Assembly: GCA_963741955.1 (NCBI GenBank) | Contig: CAVUKB010000004.1 | Location: forward strand, 1-64,000 | Reading direction: 5' to 3' | Length of the DNA stretch: 64,000 bases | DNA from: an uncultured Acidobacteriota bacterium | Lineage (GTDB): Bacteria; Acidobacteriota; Thermoanaerobaculia; Gp7-AA8 | Part shown: positions 12,293-22,061 of the stretch, one piece after another | Numbering within the stretch: position 1 is the first letter of the stretch | Layout: each line of letters starts with the position of its first letter | Position numbers and translations under genes: made by a program | The notes under the pieces: model-generated | Seen by the model: only the letters and a program-made list of their open reading frames with translations | Database searches by the model: none | What the model was told of the DNA's origin: nothing

Positions 12293-14476
12293 TTGGAAAC
12301 GCAGGTCCGCACGCCGCAGATGGTTTTCATGCAGCCGCAGCGCCTCATCGTGCCGCTGTTCCAGCGGCCGTACGTCTGGAATGCTGAGAATCAATGGGAG
12401 CCATTGTGGAACGATGTCGTCCGTGTGACGGAAAGGCTGCTCCGGAATCCACAGCAGAAGCAGCAACCTCACTTTCTCGGCGCGGTCGTCCTTCAACAGG
12501 CACAGAACCCGATCGGCCTGATGCAGCAGCGCACGATCATCGACGGGCAGCAACGGCTCACGACGCTGCAACTACTCATGGATTCGCTACATGCCGAGTT
12601 GCTCGCTGTTGGGGCGACGCAGTCAGCGATGCGGCTCGAGCCTTTGGTCGAGAACGCGCTGCCGTTCAGAACGTCTGAGGAGGACCGGTTCAAAGTCTGG
12701 CCGACCAATCGCGATCGCCAGGCGTTCAACGCGGTGATGGCGGCAGAGGTCGGTGATCGCAGCGCCGTCGCCGCCCATCAGAAAGAGCGAATCGCGCAGG
12801 CGTACAGCTACTTCAGCGAACAGGCCCGCCAGTGGCTCGCGTCAGACGAGGCCCAGAGAGGCTCGCGCGCTGCCGCGATCGAGACGGTCGTTCGCGACTA
12901 TCTGCAAATAGTCGTGATCGACCTCGCGGCCGAGGAGAATGCGCAGGAAATCTTCGAGACGTTGAACGCGCGCGGCGCGCAACTTACGGCGGCGGATCTC
13001 ATCAAGAACTTCATCTTTCAGCGCCTTTCTGAAAACGGAGCTGATGTGGAAGGAGCGTACGAAAAGTACTGGAAGGACTTCGAAACGGGTTTCTGGGAAA
13101 CGGAGGTCAGCGTCGGGCGGCTTCGTTATCCCCGATCGTCGATCTTCCTGAATCACTGGTTGATCGCGCGCACGGGCGAGGAAGTGGTCGCCCGGGAAGT
13201 CTTCGATCGATACAAGAGATTCGCAGACTACGACGCTGGCGTAGAGATGATGGCGCTTCTCCCGCAGGTACATGCGGCCGCTGGAGTGTACCGTGCATTC
13301 ACGACGGATCCGGCGCGACTGCCCGGTCCCGCCGAGCGCCTGTCTCTGTTCGGGTACCGCACGAGTGTCCTCGAGAGCGAGGTGATCAAACCGCTGATTC
13401 TCGCGCTGCTCGATCCAGAGAAGGTCCCGGTCCCGGACGCGCAGTTGAGCAAGGTGCTAGACGTCGTCGAGAGCTGGATGGTCCGGCGCATGCTCGTTCG
13501 TGCCGGCACGAAGAACTACACCGAAGTCATCGCAGAATTGATTTCGAGAATCCGTCAGTCGGAGCGTTCAGTCGCTGGAGATGTCGCCGAGAACTTGTTC
13601 GCGGGTCAGACGAGCGCAGGAAAGTACTGGCCTGACGACTCCGAGGTTCGTGAGGAGCTCAACTCGCTGCAAGCGTACACGCGGCTGCGCCAGTCGCGTT
13701 TGCGCATGGTACTCGAAGCGGTGGAGGATCATCTTCGGGGATGGAGAGATGGGAAATCAGGGCTCGGAGGACAGCGCGCTGCACGTTCCATTTACGCGAT
13801 CGAACACATCATGCCGCGAAGCTGGGAGAAGCACTGGCCTCTCGCGGAGGGTACCAACGAACTGACGCGCGAGAAGCTCATTCACACGTTCGGAAACTTG
13901 ACGCTGCTCACCACCAGGTTGAACAGCAAGGTGTCCAACGGCCCTTGGCTGGGAGCGGGGGGCAAACGCGAGGCACTGGAAGGACACGACATCCTTCTTC
14001 TCAACCGGGATCTTCTCAAGAATTCCGCCGATGCATGGAGCGAGCGGGAGATCCGTTCGCGAAGGTCGGCCATAGCCGAGGCGATCATTCAGATCTGGCC
14101 GGCCCCGCCGGGGCATCGCTCCGGAGTCGGAAAGGAAAAGGTGAAATCGACTTATGTGTCTCTTGCCGATCTGCTGAATGCCGGCGTCCTGAGTCCTGGG
14201 ATGCAGTTGTTTCCTCGCGCCGGCAAGTCAGCATCGTATGGAGACCGCGTGGTGACGTTGCTTCCCGATGGCCGGATCGATGTTGAAGGCACCGCATACG
14301 GCAGCCCGTTCGAGGCGGCGACGGCGATCGTCGGACACCGGAAGAATGGATGGTCCTTTTTCCTCGTCGATCCTGTCACTCGCAAGTCCATAAGAAGGGT
14401 TCGGGAGGAGTATCAGGAAGCGATGTCTGTCGAGATGGACGACGATGATGAGGGAGATGACGACGACGTGAGTTAG
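12293..14476 (+). CDS. GmrSD-type (DUF262+DUF1524) type IV restriction nuclease with C-terminal RAMA/DUF4357-like domain
   Basis: VPLFQRPYVW, IIDGQQRLTT, IFETLNARG, IEHIMP..GNLTLL...LN, and terminal SPFEAA..NGWSFF. Confidence 0.9.
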   Translation: METQVRTPQMVFMQPQRLIVPLFQRPYVWNAENQWEPLWNDVVRVTERLLRNPQQKQQPHFLGAVVLQQAQNPIGLMQQRTIIDGQQRLTTLQLLMDSLHAELLAVGATQSAMRLEPLVENALPFRTSEEDRFKVWPTNRDRQAFNAVMAAEVGDRSAVAAHQKERIAQAYSYFSEQARQWLASDEAQRGSRAAAIETVVRDYLQIVVIDLAAEENAQEIFETLNARGAQLTAADLIKNFIFQRLSENGADVEGAYEKYWKDFETGFWETEVSVGRLRYPRSSIFLNHWLIARTGEEVVAREVFDRYKRFADYDAGVEMMALLPQVHAAAGVYRAFTTDPARLPGPAERLSLFGYRTSVLESEVIKPLILALLDPEKVPVPDAQLSKVLDVVESWMVRRMLVRAGTKNYTEVIAELISRIRQSERSVAGDVAENLFAGQTSAGKYWPDDSEVREELNSLQAYTRLRQSRLRMVLEAVEDHLRGWRDGKSGLGGQRAARSIYAIEHIMPRSWEKHWPLAEGTNELTREKLIHTFGNLTLLTTRLNSKVSNGPWLGAGGKREALEGHDILLLNRDLLKNSADAWSEREIRSRRSAIAEAIIQIWPAPPGHRSGVGKEKVKSTYVSLADLLNAGVLSPGMQLFPRAGKSASYGDRVVTLLPDGRIDVEGTAYGSPFEAATAIVGHRKNGWSFFLVDPVTRKSIRRVREEYQEAMSVEMDDDDEGDDDDVS

Positions 14477-14751
14477 CGTCTCCGAGTCGGACGCGTGTTT
14501 CTGCTGATTTAATCGAGGGTGGCTCTCTATCGCGGAGGGCACTGACAAACTAATAGCATCAAGTTCTCCCACCCAAGAAGGTGTCCATAATAGGGCCGTT
14601 GGTCCAAGGAATCTTGGTACGTTAGGTGCCTCCTGGAAGGCGGCGGTACAGCCGGCAGGGATGCCGGTGGTACGAGGGGTTGCGGGGCTTCGGGCGAGGG
14701 TCGAGGTGCGCGAAGAACAAAGCGGCGGGATGCGCCGCACTCCAAGGCCTT

Positions 14752-15205
14752 CGGAGGCGGAAGATCGGGGCCAGGCCTTCGATTCTCGCTTGCACGTGTA
14801 AGCGACTCCAGGGTCTGTAGTTAGCGACACGGTGACTTTGACTCTGAACGGAGAAAGCGGGGTGAGGTGCTTCGCTTTTCGGTTGATTCGTCAGATGCTC
14901 GATCGAATGCGACGTAGTGGGCAGGTGTTCATGAAGATCGGAACGGATTCGGCCTCCGTCGCGTGGCGAAACCTGGACCGGAGGCGGAAGATCGGGGCCA
15001 GGCCTTCGATTCTCGCTTGCACGTGTAAGCGACTCCAGGGTCTGTAGTTAGCGACACGGTGACTTTGACTCTGAACGGAGAAAGCGGGGTGAGGTGCTTC
15101 GCTTTTCGGTTGATTCGTCAGATGCTCGATCGAATGCGACGTAGTGGGCAGGTGTTCATGAAGATCGGAACGGATTCGGCCTCCGTCGCGTGGCGAAACC
15201 TGGAC
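14752..15205. repeat. Direct tandem duplication (2 x 227 bp) of the RAYT element end
   Basis: 14752-14978 is repeated at 14979-15205; a third variant lies at about 39190-39410. Confidence 0.9.
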
Positions 15206-15281
15206 CGGGCCTCACTTGGAACAAGGCTCCGCCACGGCGAATCGTGAGGAGTGATCAGTTTTCAGGAAATCGCGGTTCGCG

Positions 15282-16334
15282 TCAGAACGGCGGCGGGCCG
15301 GGCGAATCGCGGATGACGTCCGCCGGAGGGAGCATCGGCCAGATGGGAACGGCGCGGGGAGGCGCGGCATCTGAGTTGCCCGCGAGGAGCGACGCGAGGC
15401 AACGGTCGGCGAGCTCGCGGAGAAGCCGGTCGTTCACGAGCTCGCGCTCGCAGCGGGCGATGAGGTTCGAGACGTGGCCGGTGCTGCCGAGCCGGAGGGT
15501 CGCGGCGATCGGACGGAGCCTCTCCGCGCTCTCGTAGCGCCCGAGCCAGGCGGTCAGCATTCGCGCAGCGCCGCCGCGGCCGTGACGAATGTCGCGCTCG
15601 TCGATGTCGAACACCGAGGCGACCGTGTCGACGACCTTGCCGAGCTTCGCACGGCCGACGTTCCGCTGGGTCTTCGGATGCTCATCACTGCGAGGTTTCG
15701 ATTCGACGATCGCCCTCATTGTCTCGACCCACGGTTCGCTGCCGAGGTAGATCTGGTTCACGAGCTTGTCCCAGAGGCGGCTCCGGTCGTGGAGCTTCTC
15801 GTAGACGAACGCGCGGTAGCTCTCCTGCGCTTCCTCTCGAGTCGCGCCGCGGCGGAGCATCCAGTCCATGCAGAGCCACTCCGGCGCCGGCTCGAACCCG
15901 GCCATGGCGCGGTAACTCGACCAGCGGTAGTCCTCCGGCCGCTCGATCATCTTCGCGCGCACCGGGTTGAGCACCACGTACCGCATCACCTCGGCGAGGT
16001 ACGTCTCCTTTTCGATCAGAAAGCTGCTGAACCGCCCCTGCAGAAGATGCCCGACGCGTTTGTACTTGCGGTTGAACCACTGCGCGTACGTGCCGTTGAG
16101 CCAGTGCATTCCTTCGGAGAGTGTCTCGCGCGGCGTCTCGATGACGAGATGCACGTGATTCGTCATCAGAACGTACGCATGGATCATCCAGTCGAACCGC
16201 CGCACTGCCTCGGCGAGGAGGGCGAGGAACATCAGGCGATCCGCATCGCATCGGAAGATCGGCTTGCGTTCGTTCCCGCGGGAGGTCACGTGGAAGACCG
16301 CGCCGGGGAACTCGAGGCGAAGTGGTCGTGCCAT
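15282..16334 (-). CDS. REP-associated tyrosine transposase (Y1 HUH, IS200-like) with C-terminal helical domain
   Basis: MARPLR..FHVTSRGNER..YVLMTNHVHL..GHLLQGRF..YVVLNPVRA..YRWSSY. Confidence 0.9.
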   Translation of the reverse strand: MARPLRLEFPGAVFHVTSRGNERKPIFRCDADRLMFLALLAEAVRRFDWMIHAYVLMTNHVHLVIETPRETLSEGMHWLNGTYAQWFNRKYKRVGHLLQGRFSSFLIEKETYLAEVMRYVVLNPVRAKMIERPEDYRWSSYRAMAGFEPAPEWLCMDWMLRRGATREEAQESYRAFVYEKLHDRSRLWDKLVNQIYLGSEPWVETMRAIVESKPRSDEHPKTQRNVGRAKLGKVVDTVASVFDIDERDIRHGRGGAARMLTAWLGRYESAERLRPIAATLRLGSTGHVSNLIARCERELVNDRLLRELADRCLASLLAGNSDAAPPRAVPIWPMLPPADVIRDSPGPPPF

Positions 16335-16549
16335 GCGATCGAGCGTACCTCGGATTTTGCGAAATACCGAGGGTTCTACTCCTCGTAGAATCGGCGGCGA
16401 CTCCCGAGGCTCTGCTCGGGAGGTGCGAAGCCGTGATCCGGCAGCGGGTGTCGTAGAATATCGTGCAGCGAAGAAGGCGACGAAGTAACGCCGTGACAAA
16501 GAGTTATGAGAGAGAACCGCCAGGCGAAGCCCTGACCCCAAAGTTCCCG

Positions 16550-17005
16550 ACCGGGAGCCGGCTCGAGGCCGGCCATGGCGCGGTAACTCGACCAGCAGTG
16601 GTCCTCGGGCCGCTCGACCATCTTGGCCCGAACGGGGTTGAGCACGACGTACCGCATCACTTCCGCGAGATACGACTCCTTCTCGATGAGAAAGCTGCTG
16701 AACCGGCCCTGCAAGAGGTGTCCGACGCGTTTGTACTTGCGGTTGAACCACTGCGCGTATGTGCCGTTGAGCCAGTGCATCCCTTCGGAGAGCGTCTCGC
16801 GCGGCGTCTCGATGACGAGGTGGAAATGTGTGGACATCAGGACGTACGCATGGATCATCCAGTCGAATCGCCGCACGGCCTCGCCGAGGAGGGCGACGAA
16901 CATCAGGCGATCCGCATCGCATCGGAAGATTGGCTTGCGCTCGTTGCCGCGCGAGGTCACGTGGAAGACCGCGCCGGGGAACTCGAGGCGAAGTGGTCGT
17001 GCCAT
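16550..17005 (-). pseudogene. 3'-truncated, diverged second RAYT copy
   Basis: Same N-terminus (variant STHFHL); breaks off after CWSSYRAMAGLEPAP at the GGGGTCAGGG end motif of the intact copy. Confidence 0.85.
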
Positions 17006-17468
17006 GCGATCGAGCGTACCTCGGATTTTCCGAAATACCGAGGGTTCTACTCCTCGTAGAATCGGCGGCGACTCCCGAGGCTCTGCTCGGGAGGTGCGAA
17101 GCCGTGATCCGGCAGCGGGTGTCGTAGAATATCGTGCAGCGAAGAAGGCGACGAAGTAACGCCGTGACAAAGAGTTATGGGAGAGAACCGCCAGGCGAAG
17201 CCCTGACCCCAAAGCTCCTGACCCCTGCTCGCGGCAGGAGGGCCACACGTTCGTCTATCGGGCCACTCCGGTCAATCCCCGAGTGAGCCTGACTCGACAA
17301 CGGGTGCCTCCTCAGAATAGGTCGACGAAACGCAGTGATTGTGCCCCGGCGCCGCCCTGCGAGGAGTGGTACGACCGCCAAAGGGGACGGCCATGGTCTG
17401 ATCCGCTCGAACCGTTGATCTATACGCATGATTCGTGATCTGATCGCCCGAAGCTCTTCCGAGGTTTT

Positions 17469-19277
17469 GTGATGCGCAGAACGAGTTTGATCTCGATCGC
17501 GGTGGGTTTGCTGCTGGCTTGCGACGCTGTCGCCGGAGAGTTCATCCCGGTGGTGAACGGGACACTGGGCTCACGCCGTTTCACGACGACCGTCGAGATC
17601 CGGAACCCGACTGAGACCGACGGGAGCTGTGAATTCGAATACTGGACTCCGAGTCGTCCGGAGCGACCGTTCGTCACGCGGGAAGGGGTGCCGGCCGGGA
17701 AGACGTACGTCACCGAGGATTTTCTCGGTGAGATCCCCACGGCCAGTACAATCCGGGTCCACTGTTCCTCTCCCGCGATCGCGGTGTTCAGCCGGATCCA
17801 GCAGGGGCTGAAAGGGAAGGATCTGGATCCTGGATGGCTCTTTCGGGCGTTTTCCGCCAGCCCTACACGGCTCGGAGGATCGATCTCCTTCTCGACGGGC
17901 TCGAACGTCGTGATCGCGGAAGTGGCTGGCAAGAAACTCGGAGTCCTCTTCACGGCGAGGAACGGCGGCGGAGTCACGTTCGCCGAAAAGTCGTACGCAC
18001 TTCTCCCGTATGGGCAACGCATCGTCGACCTGAGTGACCTGATCGCCGAGATCGCAGAGCCGACGGTCGATCTCCGAGTTGTTTCCGGTGACGGAGCTCT
18101 GGTTGCGGCTCCTGAAGCTCGAGACGCGCGATCCGGAAATACCGCCCGGCGACGGCCTCCAGATGAGGAGCGGCGTTTCCAAGAGCACTCCACGCAGGCG
18201 GAGGCCGCTGGCCATGATCCGCAACCTGCCGTCACGCAGCTCCTGGTCATGTCACCCTTCAAGGCGGCTCCGTTCCGTGAACCGGCCACTGGTCTCGTCT
18301 TCATGCGCGACCGGTGGTACGACCCGTCCACGGGAACGTTCCTCTCTCCGGATCCAGAGGGTTACCGGGATTCGCCGAATCCGTACATTTTCGGCGGAGG
18401 CGATCCGGTGAACCGGAGTGACCCTTCGGGACGCGCGGCCGCCGTGAGCAACAGCGGCTGGATCATCGGACAACGTCCCGATGGTTCGCACTACAAGTAC
18501 TCTCCGGAGTACGCGAGGAGTCATCCTGTCGAGGTACAGAGTGCGCTGGAGAGTGACAGTGACCTCACCGATGCGGATGTGAGGACGATGATGATCCGCG
18601 CCGGACTCACTTACGGCAGCACCTCGCTGCCGTGTCGCCACGGAGAAGCCTGCATCAGCGCAGGAGACCCCGTACGGGCCGGTGATCGCGGCCTTGGTGC
18701 GGGACTGGCGGTGTCTAATTTCTTCAACGCGACCCTGGGTCCGGTGAACGAGGTCAACGGTGAACGGCCATTCCCAACCCCCGACCCGCAGAATGACATT
18801 CAATGGGGGGCGTTCGAAAACACGAGTCACGTAATTCAAGCGATCACCGTTCCGATGGCAATAGCCGGAATCCTGCCGGGACGGATTCCGCCCGGAGAGA
18901 TCCTTGGTAACACCTACAATATTTCGACGACTGGCATGTCCGCGGTTGAACGCGAGGCAGTTCTTGAATATGCCCGGCGCACGAACGCCTGGCTGCGAGA
19001 CGAGGGCGCGCAGGTCGTTAGATCGACGAAGGGACAGCTGCGCCGTTCTGCCTCTGCCGCCGCGCGCCGTGAGAGGCTGCTCGCGGAGCGCGCTGGCACG
19101 CCTTACTCCGGGCAAGTCGGACACGTGCCCGATACCGCGATTTCGGGAGAGGCAGTGCCACCAGCAGGATGGTTGGACATGGCCGGGACCTCGAATCAGT
19201 GCTGTGGCGGTGGCCTGGCGAATCGCATTGGAACGCCGATTCGGGTTGTTACTGTTGACGGACAGGTGCCGAAGTGA
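17469..19277 (+). CDS. Signal-peptide protein with Rhs-associated core but no YD repeats, and a C-terminal putative nuclease toxin
   Basis: Sec-type N-terminus; TGLVFMRDRWYDPSTGTFLSPDPEG..DPVNRSDPSG; C-terminal GHVPD..W....N. Confidence 0.8.
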   Translation: MMRRTSLISIAVGLLLACDAVAGEFIPVVNGTLGSRRFTTTVEIRNPTETDGSCEFEYWTPSRPERPFVTREGVPAGKTYVTEDFLGEIPTASTIRVHCSSPAIAVFSRIQQGLKGKDLDPGWLFRAFSASPTRLGGSISFSTGSNVVIAEVAGKKLGVLFTARNGGGVTFAEKSYALLPYGQRIVDLSDLIAEIAEPTVDLRVVSGDGALVAAPEARDARSGNTARRRPPDEERRFQEHSTQAEAAGHDPQPAVTQLLVMSPFKAAPFREPATGLVFMRDRWYDPSTGTFLSPDPEGYRDSPNPYIFGGGDPVNRSDPSGRAAAVSNSGWIIGQRPDGSHYKYSPEYARSHPVEVQSALESDSDLTDADVRTMMIRAGLTYGSTSLPCRHGEACISAGDPVRAGDRGLGAGLAVSNFFNATLGPVNEVNGERPFPTPDPQNDIQWGAFENTSHVIQAITVPMAIAGILPGRIPPGEILGNTYNISTTGMSAVEREAVLEYARRTNAWLRDEGAQVVRSTKGQLRRSASAAARRERLLAERAGTPYSGQVGHVPDTAISGEAVPPAGWLDMAGTSNQCCGGGLANRIGTPIRVVTVDGQVPK

Positions 19278-19978
19278 AGAGGATAGCCGATCGACTTCGA
19301 TCGCTGGACGGCACTCGACTCTGCCTTCCGAATGCGAGCCCGGACCTGACCATACGAATCTCAGGAATCTCGGTGAGCCTTCCTGAAGATCACGAGGATG
19401 TGCTGAGAATCGCGAGTGGTATTTCGGCGTGTCACGGGTATTTTCGGCTGTTCGGCCTCGGCTGCTCGAACTGTACGGATCTCGTCTCGTGGAACGATAT
19501 GCAGACCTGGAAGTTCGCATGGCCCGGTGATCTTGAGGCGTATCTGTCATTCGGGGAGACGGGATGGGGAGATCAGTACTGCTATCGTCTCGATGAGCTC
19601 AGCATGGGGGACGCCTCCGTATTCCTTCTCGACGCATTCGAGATGCAAGCAGAGCGCATCGCCTCCGGGTTCTCCGAGTTCATGCATAGGGAGTTTATTC
19701 GTCAGGCGGAAGAACCGTACGACTCGATGACGCGCCAGGCCCTGGCCGGGATAGGCCCTCTCAGCTGGTCCGAACACGTGACGTTCATACCACCGCTACT
19801 GTTCGGGATAGAGGAAGATATCGGTCACGTTCATAAAACCGACGCGCGCGCGGCGATGACCGTAAACGGAGACATCGCCAGAGAAATGCGCGAAGAGTCC
19901 GGGCGCGTCCCTGAATCGCTTCAGACGTACGAAGACGAGAAAGGTCGGATTCGTGTTCATGTCCGCTGGAGAGCCTGA
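19274..19978 (+). CDS. SMI1/KNR4 (SUKH)-like immunity protein
   Basis: LPEDHEDVLR..FGETGWGDQYCY..ERIASGFSEF; overlaps the toxin stop. Confidence 0.75.
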   Translation: MKRIADRLRSLDGTRLCLPNASPDLTIRISGISVSLPEDHEDVLRIASGISACHGYFRLFGLGCSNCTDLVSWNDMQTWKFAWPGDLEAYLSFGETGWGDQYCYRLDELSMGDASVFLLDAFEMQAERIASGFSEFMHREFIRQAEEPYDSMTRQALAGIGPLSWSEHVTFIPPLLFGIEEDIGHVHKTDARAAMTVNGDIAREMREESGRVPESLQTYEDEKGRIRVHVRWRA

Positions 19979-20064
19979 AGGGGACCAGCGGCGGACCAAG
20001 CCGCACTGCGTAGGGCGGAAATCAGGGGAGGATGTGCGTTGGGTGCCAATTCCGTCGCGGTTGA

Positions 20065-20223
20065 CCCGGCGGTCACGCCGCGTGCAGAACGGTGGTTGGC
20101 GAGAGAGCTTCGGTCTGGCGGGCACGCGTCGCGCCCGCCGGGATTTGCGTCATCGGCAACGTGAGTTGTTCTTCGTGCGCGCGCGACCCCGGGTTCCGGC
20201 GCTTCGCGCCTTCACCCGGGGTT
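20065..20223. repeat. REP-like unit shared with the 41.8, 52.4 and 59 kb arrays
   Basis: CCGGCGGTCACGCCGCGTGC...CCCGGGTTCCGGCGCTTCGCGCCTTCACCCGGGG. Confidence 0.75.
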
Positions 20224-20386
20224 AGGAGTCTGCGCGGCAGAAACTGTCCTACTGCGAAAGCGGATCAGCGGTCCAAATTCGTCCGGATTTTCGGCGAGTA
20301 GCCACCGCTACGCACCTCAAATCCGAACGACTTTGACCTCACTGCTCCGCTCTCTCGCTACGGACGTTTTCACCGCGCAGACTCCC
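20224..20386. mobile_element. MITE family F (about 160 bp)
   Basis: TIR AGGAGTCTGCGCG / CGCGCAGACTCC; an inverted copy lies at 59917-60079. Confidence 0.75.
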
Positions 20387-20387
20387 A

Positions 20388-20813
20388 GCCGCGCACTCGA
20401 TCGACAACGGTCTCCTTCTCCGCTCCGACGTCCACAAGCTTTTCGACAGGGGATTGCCCGGAATTCTCGGGCCGTCTCTGCTGCGGAGGCGGATAGCGGC
20501 CCGCCTGCTGCGTTGCGCACAGCTTCGGCTCCTCAACGTAGCCACCGCTATGCCTTCGTCGCCGAAGCCGCGCGCGCCTTGCATCCGGACCACTCTCCGC
20601 CTCCTCGCGACGAGACGGCCTGAGAATTCCGGGCCCGTCACCGTGGATCCCGACCACCACTTCCTCGTCAGCCGCCGCATCCGCGAAGAGTTCGAGAACG
20701 GCCGCGACTACTACGCCCTTCACGGCCGCGAGATCCGCCTCCCGGAGCGCGAGATCGATCGCCCGTCGGCCGAGTTTCTACGGTGGCACAATGAGGAGAG
20801 GTTTCTGGGGTGA
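20388..20813 (+). pseudogene. HNH endonuclease 3' remnant, interrupted by a MITE
   Basis: HSIDNGLLLRSDVHKLFDRG, then MITE, then VTVDPDHHFLVSRRIREEFENGRDYY..FLRWHNE. Confidence 0.8.
20456..20634. mobile_element. MITE family D variant (about 180 bp)
   Basis: TIR GCCCGGAATTCTCGGGCCGTCTC / GAGACGGCCTGAGAATTCCGGGC; interior shared with copies at about 41946, 52590, 59313 and 60078. Confidence 0.8.
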
Positions 20814-20881
20814 GGAGAGCTGCCGCCACAGAACTTCCGGACGCCGTAGGGACCTCATCGTATGCGGCAAGCCTCAGGCAA

Positions 20882-21445
20882 TTAAGTATTCCTTGCCCGC
20901 TCGAAATTCATCCGAACCCGCGTTCCCGGCCGAATGAGATCAAAGAACGAGTTCGGCAGGTAGAGCCGCCGCTCCTCCATTCCTTTCGGAAGCGGCGGAA
21001 GTCCGATAAGCAGATCATGATCATCGGCGTGGTACCAGATGGCGGAGAGCCCTGCCGCACGGATGTGCAGCAGCCGCGGGACGTATGTCTTCGATGGACC
21101 GGTTTGCACCGCGCTGCTAGAGAGAACCTCGACAAATTGGGCGGGATCCGGAGCGAGATGTGAGAACTGAAAACCGGGTTCCATTCGGGCTGCCAGAGCC
21201 GCTCCGACGATCTCCTTCTCGGCTGCGATCAGAAAGCGCCAGCCTAGCGAACGTGCCTCGGTGAGCGGATCTGTGCCGAGCACCGCCTGCGCCGAGAGTT
21301 CGAAGACTTCATGAGGGAAGACAAGGTCGAGTTGCGCTTCGCTCTCGGCGCGAAGAGTCCTCGGAAGTGACAGGTTCCGTTTGGTCGCGGCCGAGCGGAC
21401 GGCGTGAAGGGCGCTCACAGGTGCATTCGGGATGTCGAGACTCAT
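20882..21445 (-). CDS. Hypothetical protein, co-transcribed with a papain-like protease
   Basis: 187-aa ORF starting 7 nt after the protease stop, preceded by GGAGGTGAGG. Confidence 0.7.
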   Translation of the reverse strand: MSLDIPNAPVSALHAVRSAATKRNLSLPRTLRAESEAQLDLVFPHEVFELSAQAVLGTDPLTEARSLGWRFLIAAEKEIVGAALAARMEPGFQFSHLAPDPAQFVEVLSSSAVQTGPSKTYVPRLLHIRAAGLSAIWYHADDHDLLIGLPPLPKGMEERRLYLPNSFFDLIRPGTRVRMNFERARNT

Positions 21446-21452
21446 TCCAACC

Positions 21453-22061
21453 TCACCTCCGAGCGCCGCGATGTCGGACGGAGCCCGGCTTCGTAAGATA
21501 GGTACTCTCCCAGCGGCCCGAACCCTGGTACGAGGTGCTGAAGCTGTCCAGGGAATGCAGAGCGTCGCCGTACCAGGGATCCAGGATCCAGAGATCGACG
21601 CGATCCGGGGTCGCTTCGTAGCCCGCGATGATCACGAAGTGTCCCGTCGTATCGGGCCACTCGATTCGGGCCGCAACCGGACGACCCGCGTCCAGCAGCT
21701 TCTGCAGTTCCTCGATCTCGACCTGGCGTCCGGCCAGGATCTGCTCCAGGTTGCGGGTCCCGGAAAGGGATTGGTCGAGATACCACCAGCGGTTGCACGC
21801 CGGTTCGGATCCAGACCGACAGCAATCCTCTCTGTCGAACTGCTTCCGTGCGAGTGCACACTGGGGATATCGGATGGTTCCCGCAACTGTGTAGAAGGCG
21901 GAGATTGCGGACGTCACCGCGGCCCAACACCACTGGGTCTGTTCCTGGTGCTCGCATGAGAGCTCGAGGCGCTTCGTGCGTAAATCGGCGGCCATTGCCG
22001 ACCGGACTTGTTCCGCGACAAGCGGGGTTCGATGCGCGAAAAGAATGTCGTCGAGATCCAT
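21453..22061 (-). CDS. Papain-like cysteine protease (C39-like/C70-like)
   Basis: QEQTQWCWAA (catalytic Cys), GHFVIIAGY (His), ILDPW; start position inferred. Confidence 0.85.
   Translation of the reverse strand: MDLDDILFAHRTPLVAEQVRSAMAADLRTKRLELSCEHQEQTQWCWAAVTSAISAFYTVAGTIRYPQCALARKQFDREDCCRSGSEPACNRWWYLDQSLSGTRNLEQILAGRQVEIEELQKLLDAGRPVAARIEWPDTTGHFVIIAGYEATPDRVDLWILDPWYGDALHSLDSFSTSYQGSGRWESTYLTKPGSVRHRGARR

Larger units (their letters stand above)
14752..17225 (-). mobile_element. RAYT/Y1 transposase element A with GGGGYCAGG end motifs
   Basis: Ends AAGATCGGGGCCAGGCC and GCGAAGCCCTGACCCC; homology to 39159-40090 stops at the same motifs. Confidence 0.7.
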
